Shown: positions 1 through 11,741 of the stretch, piece after piece
Position numbering within the stretch: the first letter of the stretch is position 1
Layout: each line of letters begins with the position of its first letter
DNA from: Callorhinchus milii
Lineage: Eukaryota
Length of the DNA stretch: 64,000 nucleotides
Assembly: GCF_018977255.1 (NCBI RefSeq)
Contig: NW_024704742.1
Coordinates: 37,884,001-37,948,000 of the forward strand
Direction: 5' to 3'
The notes under the pieces: generated by a model
The model's input: only the letters and a program-made list of their open reading frames with translations
Told to the model about the DNA's origin: nothing
Database searches by the model: none
Translations under genes and position numbers: made by a program

Positions 1-443
1 CCCCCCAAAAAAGGATCACCGAACGACGTAATAAGAGGACGAAAGGTTCCCCTCTCGCCGCCGGGGGATAACTCCCCCCCCAATAGTCTTCAAGTAGAAA
101 CGATTTGCGAACCGAGTTCCAACTTTTTTTTTGGCTTATAAAAATATTTCAAAAATAAATAGCGTCCAAAGTTTAAACGTTTCTATGTAAATATATATAT
201 TATATATATATCTCTGTATGTACACGATCCCAGCGGGAAGTTCAACAGTCCAGGAGACTTTTTTTTTAAAAAAACCCACAGAGAGAGAGAAGCGGCTTTA
301 GGTTCTCTCAGATTGAAAATAATAAATATTTAGATAAATAAGTGGGACCCAGGGATGTCCCGCCCTGAGTGCGCCACCAGACCAGACCGGGTCTCCGCTC
401 AGCACAGACACAGGCAGAACGCCGGCCCGCGGCGACCACGCTT

Positions 444-456
444 GTTGCCCGGCAAC
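444..456. promoter_or_regulatory. RFX X-box motif GTTGCC-C-GGCAAC
   Basis: Perfect palindromic match to the GTNRCC-N(0-3)-RGYAAC consensus inside the CpG-rich region. Confidence 0.6.
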
Positions 457-462
457 CGCCTT

Positions 463-805
463 CCAATCCCGCCCCCTTCCTCTGTGACATCACACACCCG
501 CCGCCGCTCCCCGCTCCAATCCCGCCTCCCCTTCCTCTGTGACCTCACACACTCCCGGCTCCAATCCCCCCCTTCCTCTGTGACCTCACACACTCGCCGC
601 TCCAATCCCCCCCTTCCTCTGTGACCTCACACACTCCCCGCTCCAATCCCCCCCTTCCTCTGTGACCTCACTCACTCGCCGCTACAATCCCCCCCTTCCT
701 CTGTGACCTCACTCACTCGCCGCTCCAATCCCCCCCTTCCTCTGTGACCTCACACACTCGCCGCTCCAATCCCCCCCCCTTCCTCTGTGACCTCACGCAC
801 CGCCG
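463..805. repeat. 41-bp minisatellite, ~8 copies (CCAATCCCCCCCTTCCTCTGTGACCTCACACACTCGCCGCT)
   Basis: Unit starts at 463, 516, 561, 602, 643, 684, 725, 766; period is 41 from 561 onward. Confidence 0.95.
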
Positions 806-1649
806 CGCCACGCGTATGCCCCGCGCTCGCTTTCAAACGCGCTTTCCCGTGATGCACTCTGCGGGACTGCTGAGAGCCTTGTCAACAGGACAAGGTTGGT
901 GTCTGGGTGGAGAAGGACCTTCAGACCACTTGATCTCAGCCCCCATTCCTCCTCCAGTCACTGCATCATGCTGCTTTTTAAATGAATGCCAAGGGTACAG
1001 ACTCTCCACTGTCCAGTGCATTGGGACATCCCCTCTGCCGAAAAAGGCAATATATAATAATAATAATTATATACTGTAAATACGATTTATTATTGTTGAA
1101 TCCAATGTCCTGACCTCTGTCACTCTTACTAGCAACCTGTTCCAGTCGTTGATTACCTTCTGACTTTATTTTCTCTGGTGATTCTGCATAGGGGAAGGTT
1201 CGCTTAAACCGGGGTGGGGTGGGGGGCAGAACTTGCAACGTTGATTTTAATAATAATAATAAAATTACATTTGCCTTAAAGTGTTGTTGAAATGTCTCAA
1301 AACAGATCACAGGATTTATAATAGTCTTTGCATCTGATACATGAGCCTTATCAAATATATATATATTATCAAATTTTTTCAAAGAATTTTGAATTATTTA
1401 CTGTAAAATGTAATGACTATCCACTTTGTAGATCAACAAATTATAATCCTTTCATGATGGAGGATGTCTCAAAGTGCTTCACAGGATTTACTGTAAAGTG
1501 TGGTGACTTGCTCAGTTCAGTATGCAGAGAGCTTTTCTCAGTTCCCATCAGGAACAATTCAGAACAGCTAAGAATACATCAGGCATTCCTACTGCTATTG
1601 GAAGAAATATCAAAATTTCTTCTGCAGTATTAAAAGAGAGTAAAATCTT

Positions 1650-1731
1650 TGTGAGCTCTGCCAGGATGGTGGAAGGCGAGTGAGATGGACTTTGGTCTTT
1701 CGCCTAGCAAATTTTTATATTCTTATATTCT
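1650..1731 (+). mobile_element. CR1-type LINE 3' end fragment
   Basis: ...ggaaggcgagtgagatggactttggtctttcgcctagcaaatt followed by a (ttcttata)-like tail; reverse-oriented relatives at 4043-4120 and 19930-20100. Confidence 0.55.
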
Positions 1732-2059
1732 GTGTTGATCTTAATCCCTAAAGTGATAGCTTGGCATAGTAATGGTTCAAGCCTCATGTTGGCACCTAAG
1801 TTCATAGTCTTGGCTGACACTGCTGTGGTACTGAGGGTGGGCTTTTTGGACATGCTGATTGTCCTGTGGACGAGGTATTAAATATTAAACCAAGGCCCCA
1901 GGAGGTTCTCAGGTTAATTTCTGAAAGAGCTGTCTTTTTTGTCCCATTCTCCTGTTTTTCCCCATGTAAGTCAATATGGATTTTGCCTTAAGTGTTGTTT
2001 TAAGTAAGGCATTCACATACTAACAAACAACTGCATTCTACTTCTCAAAGTGAATCAGA

Positions 2060-2495
2060 ATATACTGTAAAGTGTAGTGATTGTGTATTTTGTAACATGC
2101 CAACCAATTTGCACATCCCAATCTTTCACAAATTTTCTTTCCAAATAGTTCTATGGGATATTTAACATGCATCTAAGGAGCAGATCCAACCTCAGTTCAA
2201 CGTTTCATTTGAAGGACAACACCTCAAAGTATGGAGTGCTCCACCAGCACGAGATTACAGACCAGTGGTGGTCAAGCCATGGCCCATGGACCACTTCAGC
2301 GGAGCTGTCAAGAAGTGGCCTGTCGAACAGTCGCACTAGTCTAGGTAAGTCTGTTTTAAATCAAGCTTTTGGTTCCATCTTTTTCTTGATTGAACATTTC
2401 TTGATTTCTGGGATAAATTCAAAGATCTAATAAGGGGCTTGAACATACAATCTTTTGACTCAGTGGTGAGAGTGCTACCAACTATGCCTGTTTGC
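2060..2495 (-). mobile_element. Degenerate old Deu-type tRNA-SINE (family A)
   Basis: Reverse match to the head (tggtagcactctcaccactgagtca) and the central domain (agatcccat...) of the copy at 45105-45515. Confidence 0.55.
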
Positions 2496-2764
2496 CACAA
2501 GATTGTGTCCTCTTGTTTTGAAGCAACAATAACCTTATTCTCAACTGATGTCCATTCACATACACCTCCAGCAGGGATCACTGGATTGTAGCACAAACCA
2601 GAAAAGTGAACTTAGTGATGCTGCAGCTGTCAGGTAATTCTTGAAATACACTCCAGCCAGTCATCTATTTTATACCAGGGTCTATAGGAGTTGGCATTGT
2701 TGTAATTTTGGCAGAATGTCTTATGATTTCAGCAGGTGTTCTTTCAGATAATGAGTACCTTGGG

Positions 2765-3100
2765 AATATAGGAAGACAAGGAGACCATTCAGCCCATCAA
2801 ACATGTTCCACCACTTTATTAAATCATGTCAGATCTTATAATCCCATTTCTGCCTTCCCCCATCCCTCATCCTTGAACACCCTTACTTCCCTAACTCTCT
2901 TTTAAACATCCCAATCGGATTCTGCCTCTTCAGCCTTTTGAGGCAGTGAAATTCACATTTGCACATCCCTCTGCTTGAAACATTTCTCATTCTTCTTACA
3001 ACCAACAACAACTTGCATTTATATAGCACCCTTCACGCTGAACAGCATCTCAGAACCATCCTAGTTCTTGTTATAAGATTTTGTCCTCTTGTTTTGGAAT
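2765..3100 (-). mobile_element. CR1 LINE 3' fragment with an inserted L2 tail (~3000-3055)
   Basis: Reverse CR1 3' end (gaatataggaagacaaggagaccattcagccc...), similar to 12210-12345; L2 tail acaacaacttgcatttatatagcacc. Confidence 0.55.
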
Positions 3101-3623
3101 TCTTAGTCTGGTTTGGATACTCTTAAGCATGATGATGGGCTTCCGCATGTGTCAGCCCTCAGACACAGAGGACCCACCCCCTTTAAGATGGCATCTCTAG
3201 GAAGACGCCAGCTAAAAGATCACTTGACTGCTGTCTTGGTTGGAAAATGATGTATGGACTGGGACACAGGAGAAAAATGTGTAATGTTAGGTTTCACTGA
3301 GTGTTTAAAATCGACTATGACTTCAGGGTTCCTGAAATCAGCAGCTAGCTGACTTGGCAGCTCTATCAGCTGATCAAAGTTCAAACACAAGCTTGGAGTG
3401 AGCCTCATTAAATACAATACAGTAAATACATAACACACCAATACTATTATTTCTTTCTTTACTGTAACAGACAACTAGATGTATTTCTGTTTATTTCAGA
3501 TAACTTGAGGATATCAGTCTCTCATAATAAAAGAATACATTTAGAACTAAAAAAAATAGAAATAGGTTTCCCATATTTTGATTTATTGTAGTAAGATCTT
3601 ATAATCCCATCTCTCCACCTAGT

Positions 3624-3931
3624 GGAGTCCTGTAGCTCAGTGGTTACAGCACTCGCCTCACAAGCGAGAGACCTAGGTTCGATTCCCAGGTAGGGCAAAA
3701 CCATGGGCAAGTTTCCTTACTCCACATGCCTAATAATCCTCAAGAAAAAAAACATTAATAAATTGGTCACTTCAATCCACGAGTGTTTGCGAGACACTGC
3801 TGTGCACAATTGGCTGCCGTGTTTCGCCCACAAAAATACAGTCAATTCACTTTACAGTATATTCTGTGAAGTGCTTTGAGACATCTAGAAGACGTGAAAG
3901 GCACTGTATCAAATGCAAGAATTATTATTAT
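3624..3931 (+). mobile_element. tRNA-derived SINE, short form (family C)
   Basis: Head GGAGTCCTGTAGCTCAGTGGTT with A box and B box (GGTTCGATTCC), conserved body, L2-like tail and (TTA)n. Confidence 0.9.
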
Positions 3932-5719
3932 TTAAATCCTTGATTGAACCAAGAGGGAAGATCACATACATTTACGGAAACACAGATAAGCAAAGCACAT
4001 TTAAATTATTCAAATTTGACATGGCTTTGACTAAACAATATTATAAGAACATAAGAACTACTAGATGAAAAAAAAGCCAAGGTCCATCTAGTTCGCCTTC
4101 CACCTTCCTGGCAGTCGCATGCACATACGTCCCGAACTACCTATGTACTTAATCCTTTATAGTTCTTTTTAAAAATAGAAGAGGTAGTATTATAAGTAAC
4201 ATTACATTACTTTGTGAAGCTTTTAAAAAACTGTTTTTGTTATTCACGTGGTTGCAAAACAATACAGTACTATTTATGTTTTTTTTATTAATGCCAGCCA
4301 AAGAGAACAATGGCTGTTACTTCAAAGGACTTCCTTAATAGGAAATGGAAGTGGAATTTTCTGACATGATTTTCAATAGAACTTTTGGAAAAATAATGGG
4401 TGGGAAATTAAAGTCTGCAGATTGTCTGCTTCAATTACTAGTGGGAACTTTTTTTTTAAGAAGCAGCTTTAGAAATCAAGTGTAAACAGCCCATTGAAAC
4501 CTGGAGCCAAATATGGATTAAATTGTACTTTGGCAGACTTCACCAATTCTGTGGTGAAGTGAGTTAACATCAACACATTCACTATTCCTCATGTAAATGA
4601 CTATCTGTTCAGGTGGTTATAAAGATACAGTGGTACTATTTGAACAAAATACAAATAGGTTTTATATATTTTGATTTAGTGCACTATGAAATCATTAATT
4701 AAACCAAGAGGGAAGATTACATATACTTACAGGATACACAGATAAGCAAAGCATATTTAAATCATTTGGATTAAAAAAAATTCACTCCCTGACTGTTTGC
4801 AGAACATTGCTATGTGAAAAAACGCAGTGTTGTGTTCACCTATCAACACACGGTCACACTACATTTTACAATAAATCTTGTGAAGCACTTTGAGACATTT
4901 GGTCTTATTATTATGTTAATAATGTCATATTGTTGGAATGTATCACTAAAGATAGTTCACACTGTGTTTATAGATTCAATTTGGGCAGCACAGCTGTGCT
5001 CTATGGTGTGATGTTGCAAAGATATGGTACAAAACAGCTGACTGGCAGTGGCAAGTGCACTTGTCTAACTGCAGTTACTTCCATTAATGTATTTTATGTG
5101 GTACTTAAACAAGTTCACATTGCTCTTAGGACAGCATTGCATGTGATCCTTTCTGCACCAACTTGACTGAATAATTCTGTGCTTGCGACTACTTTCAGCC
5201 ATATTGGACAAATTATGCACAGATTAAGTATCTTCAGTTTCTTCTTTATATCCCTTTTTTGTGTTCATGACCCAATTCTTAGATGAAACAGAATACTTCT
5301 CTGTTGCTGCCCAGAGAAGCAGCTTTTCCTGTTTTACCTTAAATTTGCCAGTTACTCCATGGCTACAGCACACACAAACCACAATGTTTGAAACTGCACT
5401 GTATTATTTGTTTTTGTCCTTTCTTTCCTGAGGTTAGACTGCTGTGCATGGCTGAATTGCCTCTTCAACCATTTGGTTTCCTCAAAGCTTGGCAAATGAT
5501 TTACAGTGCATACCCAAATATGTCTTATTCTCTTTCATCTGTATCCAATCCATTGTCCAAATATAATAAATTAACCAGGACGAATTTTATCTCTATACCT
5601 ATAGCTTAATGCTTATTGTGTTTTTTAATGGTTTTAACATTGCCTAAGTTGTAGTGTATTTGTTTGTTTATTTCAGTCTGCGCACATCTCTATTCCCTTC
5701 ATTACTGCTCTCACGGGGA

Positions 5720-6000
5720 TACTGTGTCCTTCAGATAAGACATTAAACGGAGGTCTCATCTGCCTGTTTAGGTGGACGTTAAAGATCCCAGGGCACTATT
5801 CGAAAAGAGAAGGAAATTTCTCCTGGTGTCCTGACTTATAATCCCCCAAATAAAATTGGTCACTCACTCCATGGCTGTATGTGGGACATTGCTGTGCAAA
5901 ACTAGCTGCTGCATTTTGCCCACAAAATATGCAGTCAATCCTCTTTACAGTATATCCTGTGAAGCACATTGAGATGTCTCGATGACGTGGTAATAATATT
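5720..6000 (+). mobile_element. Deu-type SINE, headless (family A)
   Basis: ttcagataagacattaaacggaggtctc...aaagatcccagggcactattcgaaaagagaagg... followed by the shared 3' half. Confidence 0.75.
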
Positions 6001-6371
6001 AATGATAATAATCCTTTCATTTGGTATAGCGCCTGATTGCATCTTGGAGACGTCTCAAAGCGCTTCACAAAACATACTGTAAAGTGAATTGACTGTATTT
6101 TTTATGGGCAAAATGTGGCAGCCAATTGCGCACAACAGTGTCCCACAAACAGTCGTGGATTGAGTAACCAAATTATTATTATTTATTTATTTGGAAGGGA
6201 TTATTACCCCCGGAAAAGCGATCTGCCAATCGACTAACAACTACTTATTGCTAGGTAAACAGAGGTGTATGGACTAAGGAAACTTGGCCCACGTTTTGCC
6301 CTGCCCAGGAATCGGATCCAGGTCTTCTCGCTTGCGAGACAAGTGCTTTAACCACTAAGGTATAGGACTCC
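6001..6371 (-). mobile_element. tRNA-derived SINE, long form (family B)
   Basis: Reverse complement of the 6719 copy, including the internal ctctgtttacctagcaataagtag...gtcgattggcagatcgc segment. Confidence 0.9.
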
Positions 6372-6718
6372 ATTCTGTGAAGCACTTTGAGCCGTCTCAA
6401 CAATATGCTCAGGTGCCATATCAAATGCAAGGCTTATTATTATTACTCATCCTGCACACTTTTAAATGAATTAACCAACGCAACACAAATTGTTTTTGTT
6501 AAGTTTGTTCCATTTCCCACCCATTGTAATATGGTAGTTTGATCCATAAATGAAAACCTCGCATTATAACTGCTGCTGGTCAGCGATTCTGGGTTGCAGG
6601 TTGCGCACATGCACACTCTGTGCAAGAAATCCCACTGATATCATTTCAATTGTGTGGAAATTCAGAGATAGATTTTTGGAACAGAATGCATACAAAAAAG
6701 TTGATATTACCCATTTGT

Positions 6719-7061
6719 GGAGTCCTGTAGCTCAGTCATTAGAGCACTCACCTTGCAAGCGAGAGACCTGGGTTCTATTCCCGCAGGGCGAAATGTTGGG
6801 CAAGTTTCCTTACTCCACATGCCTCTGTTAACCTAGCAGTAAGTAGGAACCCGGTTGTTAGTCGATTGGCGGATCGCTTTTCCGGGGGTAATAATTCCTT
6901 CAAAAAAAAAAAAAAAAATTGGTCACTTCTATCCACGACTGTTTGTGGGACACTGCTGTGAACAATTGGCTGCTGCGTTTTGCCCACAAAATATACAGTC
7001 ACTTTGATGTCTCGAAGACGAGATAAGGCACTTTATCAAATGGAAGCATTGTTATTATTAT
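6719..7061 (+). mobile_element. tRNA-derived SINE, long form (family B)
   Basis: tRNA-like head plus a ~70-nt internal segment plus the shared 3' half and tail; followed by a second 3'-half copy at ~7076-7277. Confidence 0.9.
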
Positions 7062-7404
7062 TTTTGCTGAATCCAAAATAATCCCTCCAAAAAAACAAAA
7101 CAATAATAAATTGGTCATTTTCAATCTAGGACTGTTTGTGGGATACTGCTGTGTGCAATTGGCTGCCGCGTATGCCCACAAATATACAGTCAATTCACTT
7201 TACAGTATATTCTGTGAAGCGCTTTGGGACGTCTCGAAGACGTGAAAAACGCTATATCAAATCATTATTATTATTATAATCTTTCGAAAATGTAAAGTAT
7301 AGCATATTTAACATGCAGTGTATCCAGTGTGTTATTGTGTTGCATATTAGTTGAGCTGTTTTTTTCAAGCAAAAAATCTTGTGCTCCAAGTCTGTGTATT
7401 CAGG

Positions 7405-7587
7405 TGTACAAGACCCGTCTCAAGACCCTCCTCTTTGGCCTTGCCTTTGGTCACCCTCCTTTCCCCCCTGCCCTCCACCCTCCCCAATCCCGACCCCCAG
7501 CTTGGGTCCGAAACACTGATTGCCCAACGCCTTGGGAAGTCCTTCCGACGTGAAAGGCGCTATATAAATGTAATTTTAGTTGTTGTT
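7405..7587 (+). mobile_element. L2 LINE 3' end
   Basis: KTRLKTLLF C-terminus, C-rich 3' UTR, stem-loop tail and (TTG)n. Confidence 0.85.
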
Positions 7588-7909
7588 TTACATTAAGATC
7601 ACAAGATTGAAAAGAAAAAGGAGTTTCTCCAGGGGTCTTCATCAACAATCCTGCAAATGAATTGGTCATTAATTTCATGGTGGTTTGTGGGACTTTGCTG
7701 TGGGCAAATTGGCTTCCATGTTTGCCTACAAATACAGTCGCTACTACACTTAACAGCGATTCCTATGAAGCATATGGAGGTGGTTTCACTATGCTTTGTT
7801 AATTGCTTGAATTTTTATAAATGCGCCCAACCCACTTCAGAAAACCCAAAATAGAAGAGGTTAAAAATCCTTGCTAAAGGTATGACTAAATTTACACAAA
7901 AAATAAATT

Positions 7910-8084
7910 CTCAAAATAAATTGGGTTACTCAATCCATGTTTGTAGCATAATGCTGTGTAATTGGCTGTCGCGTTTCACCCACAAAAATATACAGTTAAT
8001 CCACTTTACATTATATTCTGTGAAGCGCTGTGAGACGTCTTGAAGACGTGATGAGGCGCTATATAAAATACAAGAATTATTATT
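7910..8084 (+). mobile_element. SINE 3' half
   Basis: aattggctgtcgcgtttcacccac...tgtgaagcgctgtgagacgtcttgaagacgtg...attattatt. Confidence 0.8.
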
Positions 8085-8190
8085 GTGCATGTGCAGGAAA
8101 TAACACCAGGAGCTGGAAGTGCTCTGTAATTCCAGTATACTTTGGAACCACGCTGCGACAATGCTATAAGTAGACCCATGCTATATTAAA

Positions 8191-10212
8191 CTGCCATCCG
8201 CTCGCTCAAGGGCCAGGTGCAGGCTCCCGAACGCACTTGGCTCAAATCCGGCCTAATGCTCCAACGGCACAACTGGCTGGACGTCATCAAAACCTACCAC
8301 TCCACTCTCGCCTCGACCAAATCGGCCTTCTACTCCAGCTTAATCCTGGAGGCGAAAGGCAACCCCAGGCTCCTGTTCTCCACCACCAACCGGCTTCACC
8401 GCCCTCCTTGCCACCCCTCGCAGATTCTTTCCTCCGACTCCCACTGCGAGGAAATGCTGGCTTTCCTCGAGTCCAAAATTGAAGGAATCCGCTCAGCTGC
8501 CACTGCCCTCCCAACGTCCACTCTCTCCCTACCCCACCCCCTCACACTCCGACCACATCGACCACATCCCTCCTTCCACACCTTTGAACCTGTCACCCCC
8601 TCCTCTGTCATCCTCCATGAAGCTCACCACCTGCTCCCTGGACCCCATCCCCACCCCTCGCCTTAAATCCCAGCTCCACCTCCTTGCCCCACTACTCGCT
8701 GACATCATCAACCTCTCCCTATCATCTGGCACTGTTCCTACCCCACTTCAAAACAACCACTATCACCCGCACCTTGAAGAAACCTTCCCTTGACCCATCA
8801 CAGCTATCCAGCTACCGGTCCATCTCCAACCTTCTTTTTCTGTCTAAGGTCCTTGAGAGAGCTGTTGCCTCCCAGTTTCACTTTTTCCTCTCCTCCCACT
8901 CCCTCCATGAGCCCCTCCAATCGGGTTTCCGTGCTGCCCACAGCACGGAAACTGCTCTGGTCAAGGTCACAAATGACATCCTGACCATGTGTGACCAGGG
9001 GTCCCTCTGCCTCCTCGTCCTCCTCGACCTGTCCGCTCTCTTTGATACTGTGGACCATTCAATCCTCCTCCACCGCTTCTCCTCCCACCTCAACCTTCAA
9101 GGTTCTGTCCTTGACTGGTTCAGGTCCTACCTTTCACACCGCCTCCACTTCGTCTCTGCAAAGAGCTTCTCCTCCAGCCCCTGCACTGTCTCGTGCGGTG
9201 TTCCTCAGGGCTCTGTCCTCGGTCCCTCCCTCTTCACCGTCTACATGCTCCTCCTTGGTGACGTCATCTGCAGACATGGGGTAAATTTCCACATGTATGC
9301 AGATGACACCCAACTCTATCTCTCTGCCTCCACCCTGAACTCCAGGACTACTGGAATCCTGACCGATTTCCTATCTGACATCGTCCTGGACCAGGAACAA
9401 CTTTCTCCAACTAAACATCAGCAAAACCGAGGCCCTCCTGATTGGCTCGCACCAACGTCTCCGCACCTCAGGCGCTGGCAGCATCAGCCTCCACGGCTGC
9501 ACACTCAACCACACTAAGCCAGTCAGGAACCTGGGCGTCTTGTTTGACACTGAACTGTCCTTTCTCCCCCACATCCGCGCCATGACCGGCACTGCCTACC
9601 ACCACCTCCGCAACATTGCCAGACTCCGCCACTGCCTCACCCCTCAGGCTGCCAAAACCCTCACCCACGCATTCGTCACCTCAAGGCTCGACTACGGGAA
9701 CTCCCTCCTCATCAGCCTTCCCAACTCTTCCCTTCACAAGCTGCAGATCATCCAAAACCCTGTAGTTTGTGTACTCTCACGCACCAGGCTCCATGACCCC
9801 ATCACTCCCACCCTCGCCCGACTCCACTGGCTCTGCATCCCTCAGAGGATCAAGTTCTCTGACCTGTTGACTCCCTACCAACCTGCCTGCTCCCTCCGTT
9901 CAGCGGGCTCCTGCCTGCTCCATGTCTCCTGCCCGACCCAACCTACCATTGGTGTCCGGGCTTTCAGCCTCTCTTGCCCCCACACTCTGGAACTCCACAC
10001 CACAGTCCCTTCGCCTCGCTTCCTCCCTTGCCTCCTTCAAGACATATCTCAAGATCCTCCTCTTCGATCGTGCCTTCAGTCGCCCTCCCACCTCTCTGCC
10101 TTCCCTCACCCCTACCCCACCCCTCCCCCATGCTCGGGTCTTGACCCCTGACTGTCTAGCGCCTTGGGACGTCCTCCCGACGTGAAAGGCGCTCTATAAA
10201 TGTTGTTTTGGT
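8191..10212 (+). mobile_element. 5'-truncated L2-clade LINE with frameshifted reverse transcriptase ORF2
   Basis: RT motifs YRSISNL, QSGFRAAHSTETAL, LLDLSALFDTVDH, GVPQGSVLGP, HMYADD (ORF 8684-9517), L2 C-terminus (ORF 9540-10151) and 3' stem-loop tail. Confidence 0.95.
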
Positions 10213-10904
10213 TTATTGTGTTATAATATCTGTTTTCTGGCTGTATCCAGTAATCTGTAGGAAAGAAACGTATACTATCTCTAGTCTTGCTTGAGACCTT
10301 CAATTTTAAGCTTATGCTGTCTCGTTATGTTCTTAAGTCAAATTGTCTGCATATACAGTATGTAAATCATCATTGTCTCATCATTTTAAAGGATCTGGTT
10401 CATGTCCCTCTCGAGCATTTTTCTACCAAGAACAAGTTCCTCTGTGAAAGCCTCCCCATAACTTCTAGAGATTAAAGTCTTGGAATCATCTTTCTTGCTG
10501 TTATATCCTGTAAATATAACTCTTATACACTGAGTGTGTGTGTCTCTCTGGGTCTCTGCGTGTGGGTTTCTCTCTCTGGGTCTCTGTCTGTGTTCAGTGC
10601 TGGCTGAGAGTCAGGAGGTGGTGAGCTCCTGTAGCCTCTCTGGTGTCCCCCCCCCCAAAGAAAGCCACCCAGTTTTTGTTAAAGAAGCAATTCATCTTTT
10701 TTTTGCAACAATCTAATATGTGTTATTTCCTTATGTTTAGTTTTTATCAATGACGTGAAAACATGTAACAGTAAAATGTACCACAATGGCACCAATCAAC
10801 CCCCACAATTTCCCCGCAAAATTTAACAAAGGCCTCCACAGTTTACCGCAAGATTTGCAAAGCGCTCTGCAATTTTTTTTTGAAAAAATGTCCACACTTT
10901 TCTA

Positions 10905-11500
10905 TTGGCCCAGGTGATGGGATCGAGGAGTCTTGTATGGGAGAGAACGTGGGCTGTGGAGTTGTGGAAAATCTGGAGTTTGTGGAGGAGATATCTGAAA
11001 AGATTGACGAGCAGGGCATTGGAAGCAGGGCAGACTAACTCCCTCCTTGTCAGTCTTCCCAGCTCTTCCCTCCACAAGATGCAGATTATTCAGAACTCTG
11101 GAGCTTGTGTCCTCGTGTCCAGTGCCTCTCATGTCAGGAGGCAACCCCAATCTCCAGTATTGGCCAGGCATCCAAGCTAGGGGTGGGAGCCGAGTGGGCT
11201 GGGGAGGGAAAATATGACCAAAAGCACGATGATAGAGATAGGTCTTGAAACAGACCTTGGTCAAGGCGAGGGAGGGAATCAGAGGGAGGAAATCTGGAGA
11301 GTAGGGGTAGAAAGACTGAAAGCGCCTTTCACATCGAGAGTACGTCCGAAATCAAGATCGTCATTCTCACTGCCAAATTTCTCCTCAACCGCACCTCACC
11401 CAATCTCTGTGACCTCCTTCAACCAGACTAACCTGGCCATTCTCTTCTTTAATCAAGCACTGACTTGCTTCATGTCCCCACCCTATCTGTTCCATATTCT
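10905..11500. mobile_element. Scrambled mosaic of L2 3'-region fragments in both orientations
   Basis: LHKLQIFHNSTAHVL on - (10905-11030), NSLLVSLPSSSLHKMQIIQNS on + (11035-11125), FKTYLYHRAF on -, plus tail fragments. Confidence 0.7.
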
Positions 11501-11615
11501 GACACACTCACACTCTTAAATTCAACGTCATTCCATTGTGACAGGTGCTGTATTAGTGTAAATTAAATTGTATTGAGGTGCCTGTGCAACTACATGTCTT
11601 CAGGAAACTTGGAAG

Positions 11616-11741
11616 AAAAAAATTGCGAAGGAAGGAAAAAAACATTTGTGGTGTTTCATAACATATTCCTCGTGTTAATTAATACAAGGAATATGTTATG
11701 AAACACCACAAATGTTTTTTTCCGTCCTTCGTAATTTTTTT
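11616..11741. repeat. 126-bp loop-less palindrome centred on TTAA|TTAA
   Basis: Arms 11616-11678 and 11679-11741 are reverse complements with 4 mismatches in 63. Confidence 0.95.

Larger units (their letters stand above)
1..860 (-). promoter_or_regulatory. CpG-rich promoter/5' region of a probable divergent upstream gene
   Basis: Local CpG enrichment (e.g. 350-520, 795-865) against a CpG-poor background, with an X-box, CCAAT and GC-box-like motifs. No coding exon seen. Strand is inferred. Confidence 0.5.

Noticed and set aside
463..805. CRISPR-like repeat array
   Set aside because: Contiguous tandem units without unique spacers, in a vertebrate context with no cas genes.
8684..9517. Stand-alone reverse transcriptase gene (retron/DGR-like system)
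   Set aside because: It is an internal, frameshifted segment of an L2 LINE with the typical C-terminus and tail.
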